A DNA stretch of 64,000 nucleotides from Haliotis rufescens (taxonomy: Eukaryota): positions 2,790,001 through 2,854,000 of the forward strand of contig NW_025963957.1 of the NCBI RefSeq assembly GCF_023055435.1, given 5' to 3'. A model generated the notes under the pieces. That model worked only from the letters and a program-made list of their open reading frames with translations, did not search any database and was not told where the DNA came from. Below, piece by piece: positions 52,612 to 64,000 of this stretch (positions are counted from its first letter, which is position 1; every line of letters begins with the position of its first letter). The position numbers and the translations under genes are program-made.

Positions 52612-52885
52612 AACAGTTGGACAACATCGAACAAAACAAGGCATGTTAATAACAGCTAGACAACATCCAACCAAAACAAGGCATGTTAATAACAGTTTGT
52701 CAACATTTAGCCAAAGAAGGCATGTGTATTACAGTTGGACAACTTCTGATCAAAGAGGGCAATGTTTATGACACTTTGACAACGTCGAACCAACCAAAGC
52801 ATGTTTTATTTTAGTTGGACAACATATAACAAAGGAAATTATTTGATGACAGTTGGACAACATCTAACCAACATCTAACCATAAC
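52612..52885. repeat. Short (~7 unit) version of the 39-bp array
   Basis: Same unit and same flanks as 27563-31630. Confidence 0.85.
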
Positions 52886-53179
52886 ATTTTAGATGTTCCC
52901 ATACTTTAAAAACATAGTGGCTGTATCCACCATAGTCTTAGAAATGTCCTTTGTCTATTACAGTCTGTCCTTTCATTTGAATTAAACTGTTTGGTTATGG
53001 TATGATTTATCATGTTCACACTCTGCTGTACATGGAACCATTTTCTTCATCTCCATATCATGTGATCCTGACTATTTTGGCGCTAAAATAATTTGTATGA
53101 TTTGGTTGCACAGTTGTAATATACTGTGCTGTTGAAGTGCATTGATTTCTGTGTAATATGTGGGCGGGGATTAAGTTAC

Positions 53180-53652
53180 AATGTAAGTTGAGGTATTCTG
53201 ATAGGCTGACACAGTCAGGCTGGAAAGGCTCATCATCAGCTCGGGGCCTTTGCCCAATCTACACGAAGTCCAGACAGCGAATGGGGACTTCTCCCGGGAA
53301 GCGCTGCCTAGTCGAACCCACCAAGAGCTTTTCAAAGAATGTGAAGACTCCCAGCCTTCTGCATTATCAACATTGTCAGAAGGGCTGTATTCCTGGCAGC
53401 ATACACTGTTACTCTGCAGGGATGCTTATCTTCTCAACACACTGCACATACATTCCTAGCAGTGGCCGTTCAGAGAGATTCTCCTTTTTGAGTATGAGCC
53501 GATTTGATATGTTACTTCGTTCGGTTGACACTAATATCTGCACCGTCTAGCAGTACAGAGCCATCAACAAAATCAACTCTGGCTTTGAGATTTTGTCCAA
53601 CATCCTTGGCTCGTTTACGAAAACTGTGGAATGCCTTGTTTTGACATGCTCC
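53180..53652 (-). mobile_element. Second, deleted fragment of the same LINE family
   Basis: 53225-53400 aligns with 21888-22065 and 53420-53465 with 22680-22725. The segment is absent at the paralogous site near 31940. Confidence 0.7.
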
Positions 53653-53751
53653 AGACAAATAAATGTGTGCCCAAGTGCACAATACAATATTATTCTATCA
53701 TGAGAAGGCTCCACGTTAATCAAAACACCCCCTCCCATTCCAACTAGTAAA

Positions 53752-53752
53752 T

Positions 53753-53798
<46 letters not shown>
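53752..53798. repeat. (TAG)n microsatellite; paralogous copy at 32041-32082
   Basis: Seen directly. Confidence 0.92.
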
Positions 53799-53799
<1 letters not shown>

Positions 53800-54163
53800 T
53801 TATTAATTAAATCTGAAAATATTCTCTGTGTTTAGCTCAAGGACAAGAGATGATTTCAAAATGTGTGAGGCAAACTCAGTGTCACCCTCGTGTAGGTAGA
53901 TAAAGTACGAGCTATTATAACCCCTGAATGTTCCGGGTTAGAATTGGTCTTCAGCAATTGGCTAGTATAGTAAGAAACGACTTAATGGATCGGGTGATCA
54001 GGCTCGGCAACTACCTTTCAGCATACATTGACGACGTGGGTCGTTGCTCGCAGTATCAATCACTGGATTATCAGATTCGACAAGTAATGGGCTGCAGTCA
54101 TATACCTAGAATATACGACACACGACACAACACACACACACACAAATACTTTTTTATCTCTAC

Positions 54164-54197
54164 CTTTCTCGCCATTTATGATTTCTCCTTCAGCCAT
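54164..54197 (-). pseudogene. Orphan micro-exon 1 (MAEGEIINGEK) in a partial duplicate of the paralog 4 5' region
   Basis: 34 nt with donor AAG|GTAGAG. The surrounding ~52475-55148 aligns with ~27410-33497. No matching exon 2 follows it. Confidence 0.75.
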
Positions 54198-54332
54198 TAC
54201 TAAGTCTCAAGCTAGTCACCCCTAGTGTATTTGTTTCAACTAGTACATCGATTCATTCATCAACACCTGTTTCATTGAGTGTTGGGATCAGACCCAGTAC
54301 CCCTTGCTTTTTGTAAAAGCCTTTTGAGGAGT

Positions 54333-54600
54333 GTTTTTGTTTGTTTGTTGTTCAACGCCGCACTCAGCAATATTCCAGCTATATGATGGCGGTCTGTAAA
54401 TAATCGAGTCTGGACCAGACAATCCAGTGATTGACAGCATGAACATCGATCCACGCAATTGGGATCGATGACATGTATCAACCAAGTCAGCGAACCTGAT
54501 CACCCGATCCCGTTAGTTGCCTTTTACGACAAGCATAGTTGCCTTTTACGGCAAGTATGGGTTGCTGAAGACCTATTCTACCCCGGAATCTTCACTGGTC
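54333..54600 (-). mobile_element. SINE-like family B
   Basis: TSD CCTTTTGAGGAGTG; empty site visible at ~32955 in the paralogous segment. Confidence 0.9.
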
Positions 54601-55148
54601 CTTTTGAGGAGTGAGTGCTTACAGAGCGTGGTTCAGTGTTCATGCTGTCAACCACTGTTTCTACCAGAGATAGCTTATACATCTGATAAATCCCTCTCAT
54701 GTGTTTTACGTTGGTGACCGTTTATTCATTTCAAGTGCAGTCTATGATAATCGCTTCCTGTTGCAGTATGCAGTATGAAGAAAATATTTGTTATTCAGTC
54801 TTATTAAGTGGTCAAATGTCTTTGTGTATTAATTGTTTAAGAAAACTAACGGCACTAATTTTCCATATTTAATTATTATTTATTACTAGTTCATAAACTG
54901 CCCTATTATGTCTGGGTATAACTGCCCTTCAAAAAACAGAATTATAATGAAGTAAGAGTTAGCTCCCTTGGTGATTCATGTTTGATTAACCATCATATTC
55001 AGATTGACATGTGATGTTTGATGCATTCGCAGTAACAACCTACGTGTTAAGGTGACTTCATGGTTAACCATTGGCTCCTCAGTGAGTGAGTGAGTGAGTA
55101 AGTGGGTTGCGTTTAACCCCGCTTTCAATAGTATTCCAGTTATATATG

Positions 55149-56576
55149 TGTTACCCAGGTCACATTCACTCAGAATGACTGAAAACTGAAAACAACAAAG
55201 AATTTGGGTTTATGTTCGATAAAACATGGCTGACAAAGATACGTCATGTTTATACATGTTTAAACTTCAAGTTTTCAACTTGGTGTGGCGCAACGGATAA
55301 AATATCAACACTCATTAACTATACTAGGCATACAATAAAGTATTATAATACCCAACTAGTTCTTGGTTACTTATATTTTCAATGTCAACATTAGATGACA
55401 AGACCCATCAACACAACTTGCAATGGAAACTAGTTGATAACATTAATATCAACTTTCAAGAAACCATAAAAGATAAATCCATGCATTCATGGTAACCATA
55501 ACACCAGTAAGATGCTAAATTTCCATACTGAATTACAACATTGCATCAATATCAAATACTCTATAAAAGTGAACTAATTATATACTTGGCATATGTTATG
55601 TGTGAAAATAATACCTTAATGAATTATACTTCCAATAGTTTGTTATTACAAATGAAAACTAAGAAATTACAGATTATCTTATAAATGAGTATTAAGTCAA
55701 ACTGCATTACATTGTGAAGTGTCGTAAAATCAGTGTGTAAACAAGACAACAAGAATTACCTCCCTTTAACTGAGACATGCTATGCTATGAAATGGGATGT
55801 GCTGTAACTTATTTTGGTTCAGCTCAGTTATAATGTTTTAATGCAGAAAAGTTATATTTACAATGATTATGCTATATGCCTGAAGTGTGTTCTTACAAAA
55901 TATACAACGAAGGTATGCCAAACGATGTACATGAAAATGTGGGAGGTCACGTGACCTCAAATATGAACGACCAGCGAGGTGTGGACAAATCTAGCTTTTT
56001 ATCCTAACTTTTGCTTGAAAACATTGCCTGAGGAGTGTGTGTACATGTTTGACAGCGATACACATCACATATATTTGTGTGAGTACTCAAACGACAAATG
56101 ACCTTGACTGTCCTTCGCTACCATGTCGTCCGTGAACACTGACTGGGCGAAGCGTTATCGTTAAGCAAGTAATTATCTAATTACAACATTATCTATACAG
56201 CCAAATATGGTTATTTAAAACCTACATGTTCTTATCTACATAAATACCTACGTTGTGGTCTTATCTCTACCGTTAATTATCATACATACCTGAAAACAAC
56301 AAAGAATTTGGGTCACGTTTGTTTTATGTTCGATAAAACATGGCTGACAAAGATACGTCAGCCAATGACGTCAGCAAATGACGTAAGCGCATTCAATTTG
56401 ACAGTGCGCTAAGCGGCACAACTTCCAGAGGACTGACAGAGTGATTTCCCTTAGACCGTGGACGAGCCACTCAACATGTATTTACTTACACCCTTGAAAA
56501 TACAGAATATATTACACAGGGGATGCAAAATTTAACTGAATGCACTTACAATGGGTGAAAGGTACTATATACAACA
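55149..56576 (-). repeat. 3' LTR (~1.43 kb)
   Basis: Minus strand begins TGT after the PPT (56573 or 56576) and ends GGTAACA at 55149. Matches 62891-64000 apart from scattered substitutions and an 11-bp deletion. Confidence 0.9.
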
Positions 56577-57010
56577 CCCTCCCCCCATAAAAAAATGACC
56601 CAAAATTCTTGAACAGACCAAACTGGGTACATAATATAAGCTAATGAGAATACAACATCAAGTATTTACATCTGCTGTGAACTACTAATGTGATACATTA
56701 GTTATGAACATATGTGTTCACCTTCAAAGGAACCGCAGTACCTGACATCATTAAAGACTTAATCTGATGGATAACTGACATTGCCATGTGGCCAATAGGC
56801 AATACAAAACCCTCGGTATAGTATATAACTACAACATTGGTAGATGTGCCATACACATACACATAATGTTCATTGACTCATTCACAACATATTACGCAAA
56901 CTTGCATTGCTAACTATATCTCTAAATTATGCACAAATATTACTAGCTAGCATCTGACTAATCATGATAATCTGCATGTGCAGACAACTCATTACTGTTT
57001 CTCGAGTTAT

Positions 57011-60000
57011 TCACATGGAACACTGGATAGCTGATCTGTACCATATAGGGTACATCGCTGGTCTGTGACAATTCTGTAGAAAAGAACTGAAGTTCTGATA
57101 TGGGTTTGCTGGACAGAACCACAGAAATCTTGTTGCTGGTGACATGGTTACGCGCACAGGTTGCAATCGAACATTTCTTGGTGCATATCTTGGATTGCCC
57201 ATAGTGTCATATGTCAGAATATTTGGTGTTCTCCTGATGCGTCAACGTTGTCCAAGTCTTTCAACTTCCTCTTCATCATCTGCCAGTTCAGAGTCACTTA
57301 CTGTTTCACTCGGCCTGTCTAGTTGTACAGTCCCTTCAGACGCATTAACGTCTGACTGTGTTCCATGTTCAGTTTCTGATGTTGACAAGTTGTTTTCTTC
57401 TTCAGTTTCCCTTTCAGATGAAACTTGTTTGGAATGCTCCTCCTTCTGTTCATCTGACTCGCTGCCAACATGTGATGATTTATCATCATTATCTGATCCA
57501 GAGGGTGTGCTGCAAACTGCTATGTTGTCTGGGCTAGAACTGTCACTGCTACCTTTTGACTGGTTGTCCAACACGCTTCTTTTCTGTAATAGTTTCCTAG
57601 GTTTAGGTGTTGGAGCTATGACAGCTTCTTCAACCGGCAAACTGTCACACGGCAATAGTAGGTTCCTATGTAACACCCTATTTCGACCGATTCCATCTTC
57701 AGCTTCCAGTTCATATACAGGACTATCGTCCGACATTCTTCTGACTACAACATTGATCCTTGATTCCCAATATCCTCGTAATTTTCCTGGACCTCCACGT
57801 TCAGATAAGTTTCTGACAAGTACTCTATCACCTGGTAGTAGAACAGAACTTCTCACTTTTCGATCATAGTTCCTTTTCCCTTTGATAGCGGACTTCTCTG
57901 CACTCTTGCTTGCCATCTCGTAAGCTTCCTTCATGCAGTATTTCCATTTTTCCACATACTTCCTTGGATCCCTACTTTCTTCATCTTGGTTCAGACCGAA
58001 CATAAGGTCTATAGGCAATCTGGGTGATCTACCAAATAGAAGGTAGAACGGAGAGAAACCGGTGGACTGATGGCGGGTGCAGTTGTAAGCATGAACTACT
58101 TTGTTCATATGATCCTTCCAGTTGCTCTTCATTTCCTGCGGTAGTGTTCGAAGCATTCCCAACAGCGTTCTGTTTAGTCTCTCAACTTGACCATTTCCTT
58201 GTGGATGGTATGGAGTTGTGCGTGAGCGAGCCATCCTACAATACTTCTGAAGATGGTGGAATAGTTCATTCTCAAACTCCTTACCCTGGTCATGATGAAG
58301 TTTCTCCGGGAAGCCAAAGCGAAGTACGAAATCATTGAATATTTTCTCAGCTGCAGTTTTCCCAGACTTATTTCGTGTAGGATATGCTTGCACAAACCTT
58401 GTGAAATGGTCAGATATCACAAATATGTACTCAAATCAACCAGAACTTCTTTTAAGATGTACAAAGTCAATCGATACCATTTGGAATGGTGCTGTTGTTC
58501 TGATAGGAGTAAACGGAGCTCTTTGAGTGAAAGTCGGTGGGTTTGTCCTTTAAACAACTGCACTCTTTAGTCACATATCTTTCTATGTCACGCTGCATGA
58601 AGGGCCAGTAAAATCTCTCCCTGATTAGGTCAGTCACTCTCTCGATACCCTGATTACCCATGTCATTGTGGAGTTCTTTCAACACCAATGACCTGTACAC
58701 TTTTGGCAACACCATTTGAATTCTCTCTTGAAGACCAAAGATTGAAGTTTTGCGACACAATATACCATTCTTGTCAAAGATGAGCTTATTGAGTTCTCTG
58801 AGTAAACAGTTCAATTCAGGGTTGGCCTTGTCATGGACAACATCCCGTCCTTCTCTCCTACTCCGTTTGCGGCGCAGTAGCTGTAAAGTTGGACTAATAG
58901 CATCATCATTCCTCTGGGCTTGTCGAATGTCTCTTGTTGTAAAGCACTGGAAGGGTTTTGAATCATCAGCTGATGAGTCAAGACCTGTTAAGTTGCTGTA
59001 ACTGTCTGTGATTGCAGATATCCATGCTACCTCATTTGTTTCCCTAGCATTCACTACCTGAATAGACGTACCTATAACATCTGGGTTTACTTCTTCTGTG
59101 CATTGGGACATGTATTCATTGAAGTCTAAAGGCATTCTACTTAGTCCATCAGCATCATTGTTCTGTTTCCCTGGCTTGTACTTTATAGAGAAGTTATAGT
59201 CTGCTAGCTCAGCTACCCATCGATGTCTGGTTCCATCCAGCTTGGCTGTTGTTAATACATACGTCAGAGGGTTGTTGTCGCTATAGACAACAAAGTTGGG
59301 TGAATAGTATAGATAGTCCCTGAACTTTTCAGTTATTGCCCATTTTAAAGCTAAAAACTCCAACTTTCCAGAATGAGAATGATAATTTTTTTCTGCTGGG
59401 GATAGCGATCTTGAACCATAAGCAATAACACCCAACTGCCCATCTGCTCTTTGTTGATACAGGATAGCACCCAAACCTTCTTGTGAAGCGTCAACATGGA
59501 GTATGTATTCTTTATCCCATTCAGGATAGCACATGATTCTGTCACTCAAGAGTTCATCAATGAGATCATTTATTGCATCTTGATGTCTCTTAGTCCATTC
59601 AATCTTGTAGTTGGATGACACTTGACCAGATCCTTTCTTAGATTTGTACTTGTTCTTTGCAGATTTTGCTGGTTTTGTTTCGGGTTTCCGTAACAGTTCA
59701 AATAAACACTGGGCTCGTCTGGCAAAGTTAGGAATGTACTTTCGGTAGTAGCCTATGAATCCAAGCAATTTACGGACATCACCAACAGTTGATGGGTTGT
59801 TCGTTTTCAGCTTCAAAACTGCTGCTTTATCCTCTGGGTCCATTCCTATTCCTTGTTCAGATACCATGTGACCTAAATATCGTATCTGCTTCCGAAAGAG
59901 GTTACATTTCCTAGCTTTGAGTTACCATGCTCATGTAGGCGATGTAATACTGCCCTAACATCTTCTATGTGTTGAGAGAAATCCTTGCTGAAGCAGATTA

Positions 60001-61756
60001 TGTCATCTAGATAAGGTATGCATATTTTATCTCTAAGTCCATGAAGGCACTGGTCCATGAATCGCTGAAATGCACCTGGCGCCCCACTGAGTCCAAACGG
60101 TATGCGTGTCCATTCATATAAACCCTAGGGACTGGTGAATGCTGTGTATGGTCGACACTCCTCTCGGATGAATCCTTGGTGATATGCTTTTCCTTGATCC
60201 AGGAGAGTAAACCATCTGTTTCCACCTAATCTGTTCAATGCATCTTGAACACGAATTATCGGGTATCTATCCGGGATACTTTTACGATTCAGAGCCCTGA
60301 AGTCCACACATAGTCTCAGCGACGAGTCCCTTTTCCTTACACACACAAGTGGGCTTGAATATGGTGATGACGATGGGGTCACCCACCCTTTGCGCAAAAG
60401 ATCCTCCAGGTAAGTCTTAACTTCCTGATAAAGTGGCTGAGGAATAGACATGTAACTCTTCTGTACTGGTGTGCTATCAGTTAGGCGATTGTCCATTTGC
60501 AGTTCAGTAATAGTGCCAATGTCATCATCACTTCGACTAAATACATTTGATGCCTCATACAGCATTTGACGTACCTGCCCCTTCTCTTCTGCAGATAGAT
60601 CTGTGCTGTCAAGATCCACTGGTGGATGCCAGAGTTCTCCATCTGTAACTGGTATCTGTGATGATGGAGGATCATCTGATGCACGTTCAGTTGCTTCCTG
60701 CAGTGGGGTCTCAAGGTTGTCTGGTGGTTTCAGTGGTGTCACTGACTGTATTTGTTGGATGGTTCCAAGAAGTGTTTTACTCTTAACTTGTATGTCCCGA
60801 CTAGAATGGTTCATCAGAGTGACTGGAATGCTGGCCTTAGTGCCTCTCTTGATGTGGAGTAGTGATCCTGAAACTGATAAATCTTCATGGAAAGAGTTAT
60901 CATTACTTGGTTCAAACACAGCTGTAATCGGTTCTTTGAGGTTGGACTTGACTTGACATTTCAAACGCATACAATGTCCTGCACTAACTGTGATACCCTG
61001 CTTGCTGCTGAAAACTTCAAACAATATATCAGATTTCTCCTCTTTCAATAGATTTACAATAGCATTTAGTTTAGATTTAGCTACTGTCGGCAGACCAGAC
61101 TGTATCACATGAACACTATCTGCATCAGTATCACTAAGATACTGTTCTATCACATTAGAACCAATGATTGGACAATCAAAATCTGTAAGATTTGTGACTA
61201 AAACTGGAACGTTCAGGGATTTGTTAGGGTCCCCCCTCAACAACTGAAATTGCACTTTTGTCCATCCCAGAAATGGTATATTTCCCCCATTGGCGGCTTT
61301 GACTATCAGGTCTTCACCCAGAAGTTCATGAATGTCCCTGATTTCACTGTCTCTGAAGTTTTGGTCGAGAAATGACTGTGATACTATCGATACCTGCGCA
61401 CCAGTGTCCCATAAGACCTCTGTTTTTATACCATTGAATAGGCAGAGTACCTTGCACTGTTTACCAACTAGCCTGACCAGTTCCTGCTTCTGAGTTGGTG
61501 TTAGTGAAGCTGTGTCACCCATATCTATCTTGTTAGCTTTGCTCTCAAGTCCACTTATGGCACTGCATACCCTCTTGTGGTGGTCCCAGTGGACAGCTTG
61601 ACAGCTGTAGGAGCAGTAGGGAGTAGTATGGCATTTAGAACATCTCTGATATCTAGATCCTTCAAGGTTCTTTTCACACTGACAACAGCTAACATTCAGG
61701 GTCTTTTCCACACGAGTCAGAGGGCCCCTGACATCACTGACTCGCTCCCGTTTTCC
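57011..61756 (-). pseudogene. pol: Gypsy pol (MYND finger, protease, RT, RNase H, integrase), disrupted
   Basis: LWDTGAQVS (PR); LCVDFR and YLDD (RT); HVDASQEGLGA and YSDNNPL (RNase H); HHDQGKEF, TTPYHPQGNGQVER and GPGKL (integrase). Stop at 60125, frameshifts near 59920 and 58430-58530, probable premature stop at 57242. Confidence 0.92.
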
Positions 61757-62837
61757 GACCGACGATTTTGCCTTCGCTTCTTGCACCCAATCTGCAGATG
61801 TTTACTTGAACCACAGGCAAAACAATGATCACAATAGCTCCTGCCAGTACTTGTGCAACTGTCGCATAATCTCTTGGGTCTCCGTTGCGCCATTCTTGAT
61901 TGAGCAGTATTGTTCATCTTTAATGCAGCCACTTCAGCTTGTAGTTCCTTAATCAGGCTTTGACCAGTGTACTTGGGTTTTCACATCTGTTTTCTGCTTG
62001 AATTCCTCTCACACTTGCTGATTTGGTTTTGCGATTTCGCTCGCTGAGAGAAGAAACTGCACTACTAACCAGAGTAACAATCTCTTCATCACTTGGGTCC
62101 CTACCAAATGAATTCTTCAGTTCCTGAGCCAATATAGGATCTCTGAGACCAGTCAGTATACTTCTTCGTGTGACCTGACGAACCAAGGTCGGATCATATG
62201 TCACATCAGCACCTTCTTCAAGTGAAGAGAAAAGAATCTTCTGGCCGAGATCAAGCATCCTCAGAACAAAGTCTAGGGCTTCTTCTTTCTGTGACTGTAC
62301 CCCATTGCTTAAGTCTTGGTATAGCTCTGTAGCTCCTCGTTCTTGAAAGTATGATCGTAACAGTTTACGAAGTACAGGTATGGATAATTTGTCGTTTCCT
62401 TCCAGGTACCCACGGAACGGATCTGTAGTGCTAATTGCTCTGATAACTCCATCAATAATCTCTGTGTCAGAATAGCCCTGTTGTTTCCCAGAATCTATTT
62501 GCCTAACCAGATTAACAAAGCTGATTCCCAGTTTTCCGTTGATTTGTCCATGTACCTTGAATTCTTTCCTCCAAGAAGCTTGAGTTTGGGAACGATGAAC
62601 TCCAGAATCAGTGTCTACAGGCATGCTGTCTTCCTTACAGAATGTCAGAAGTAGGCCTAACTTGGTAGCCCCTTTGTTCTCATCTGTCTTGCAATCAGTA
62701 ATGTAGGACTCTATTGTTGTCAACAACTGTCCTTTATCTTCGGTAGACTTGACTGTTACTCCTAGTCGATCGAGGATCTCACCCAGTCGGGTTGGACTCA
62801 ACCCATATATAATGGACTTGATTTCCCATTCCGCCAT
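61717..62837 (-). pseudogene. gag: Gypsy gag with C-terminal zinc knuckle, one frameshift
   Basis: ATG at 62837 (MAEWEIK...), WRKEFKVHGQI capsid-like region, frameshift near 61960-61990, then CDSC..CDHCFACGSSKHLQIGC. Confidence 0.8.
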
Positions 62838-62870
62838 GTTGTTCAGTGCTGGGTAATGTAGAATCTTCTG

Positions 62871-62888
62871 ATCCTGGCACGCTCGCCA
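62871..62888 (-). promoter_or_regulatory. Primer binding site
   Basis: TGGCGAGCGTGCCAGGAT begins 2 nt inside the LTR end; TGG is complementary to the tRNA CCA end. Confidence 0.75.
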
Positions 62889-62890
62889 AA

Positions 62891-64000
62891 TGTTACCCAG
62901 GTCACATTCACTCAGAATGACTGAAAACTGAAAACAACAAAGAATTTGGGTCACGTTTGTTTTATGTTCGATAAAACATGGCTGACAAAGATACGTCATG
63001 TTTATACATGTTTATACTTCAAGTTTTCAACTTGGTGTGGCGCAACGGATAAAATATCAACACTCATTAACTATACTAGGCATACAATAAAGTATTATAA
63101 TACCCAACTAGTTCTTGGTTACTTATATTTTCAATGTCAACATTAGATGACAAGACCCATCAACACAACTTGCAATGGAAACTAGTTGATAACATAAATA
63201 TCAACTTTCAAGAAACCATAAAAGATAAATCCATGCATTCATGGTAACCATAACACCAGTAAGATGCTAAATTTCCATACTGTATTACAACATTGCATAA
63301 ATATCAAATACTCTATAAAAGTGAACTAATTATATACTTGGCATATGTTATGTGTGAAAATAATACCTTAATGAATTATACTTCCAATAGTTTGTTATTA
63401 CAAATGAAAACTAAGAGATTACAGATTATCTTATAAATGAGTATTGAGTCAAACTGCATTACATTGTGAAGTGTCGCAAAATCAGTGTGTAAACAAGACA
63501 ACAAGAATTACCTCCCTTTAACTGAGACATGCTATGCTATGAAATGGGATGTGCTGTAACTTATTTTGGTTCAGCCCAGTTATAATGTTTTAATGCAGAA
63601 AAGTTATATTTACAATGATTATGCTATATGCTTGGAGTGTGTTCTTACAAAATATACAACGAAGGTATGCCAAACGATGTACATGAAAATGTGGGAGGTC
63701 ACGTGACCTCAAATATGAACGATCAGCGAGGTGTGGACAAATCTAGCTTTTTATCCTAACTTTTGCTTGAAAACATTGCCTGAGGAGTGTGTGTACATGT
63801 TTGACAGCGATACACATCATATATATTTGTGTGAGTACTCAAACGACAAATGACCTTGACTGTCCTTCGCTACCATGTCGTCCGTGAACACTGACTGGGC
63901 GAAGCGTTAACGTTAAGCAAGTAATTATCTAATTACAACATTATCTATACAGCCAAATATGGTTATTTAAAATCTACATGTTCTTATCTACATAAATACC
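62891..64000 (-). repeat. 5' LTR (partial)
   Basis: Direct repeat of 55149-~56250; followed on the minus strand by the PBS. Confidence 0.92.

Larger units (their letters stand above)
55149..64000 (-). mobile_element. Ty3/Gypsy LTR retrotransposon, decayed, running off the right edge of the window
   Basis: Two near-identical LTRs (55149-~56576 and 62891->64000). PBS TGGCGAGC... follows the 5' LTR and PPT GGGGGGAGGG lies at 56577-56586. Domain order is gag, PR, RT, RNase H, integrase. Confidence 0.95.

Noticed and set aside
57144-57869. 241-aa Ser-rich plus-strand ORF
   Set aside because: Antisense shadow of the acidic integrase tail.

Overview
Eukaryotic, AT-rich, repeat-dense genomic DNA with four N-gaps. 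The SINE content suggests a mollusc, possibly an abalone-like gastropod; this is an inference. The main content is a tandem array of seven paralogs encoding only the C-terminal domain of phytanoyl-CoA hydroxylase-interacting protein (PHYHIP/PHYHIPL family): five apparently intact genes, one clear pseudogene and one frameshifted copy on a possibly mis-oriented contig. Six of them have the same two-exon layout: a 25-34 nt micro-exon encoding MAxG(G/W)... spliced through a phase-1 intron onto the domain exon, with no FN3 domain. Four of the five intact genes carry a tandem GAAA-NN-GAAA (ISRE/IRF-type) element about 150-210 nt upstream of the ATG, usually beside TTCNNNGAA (GAS/STAT-type) sites. 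The best candidate for an undescribed system is therefore an IRF/STAT-inducible, diversifying family of stand-alone PHYHIP_C proteins, possibly immune effectors and possibly with an ADP-ribosyltransferase-like fold; both ideas are untested. The right end holds a decayed Ty3/Gypsy LTR retrotransposon whose Pol starts with a MYND zinc finger and is reached through a -1 frameshift signal with a predicted pseudoknot. The rest is four SINE families, Tc1 and LINE remnants, hairpin elements and minisatellites, including a ~4 kb intronic 39-bp array whose low-copy state survives in paralogous introns.
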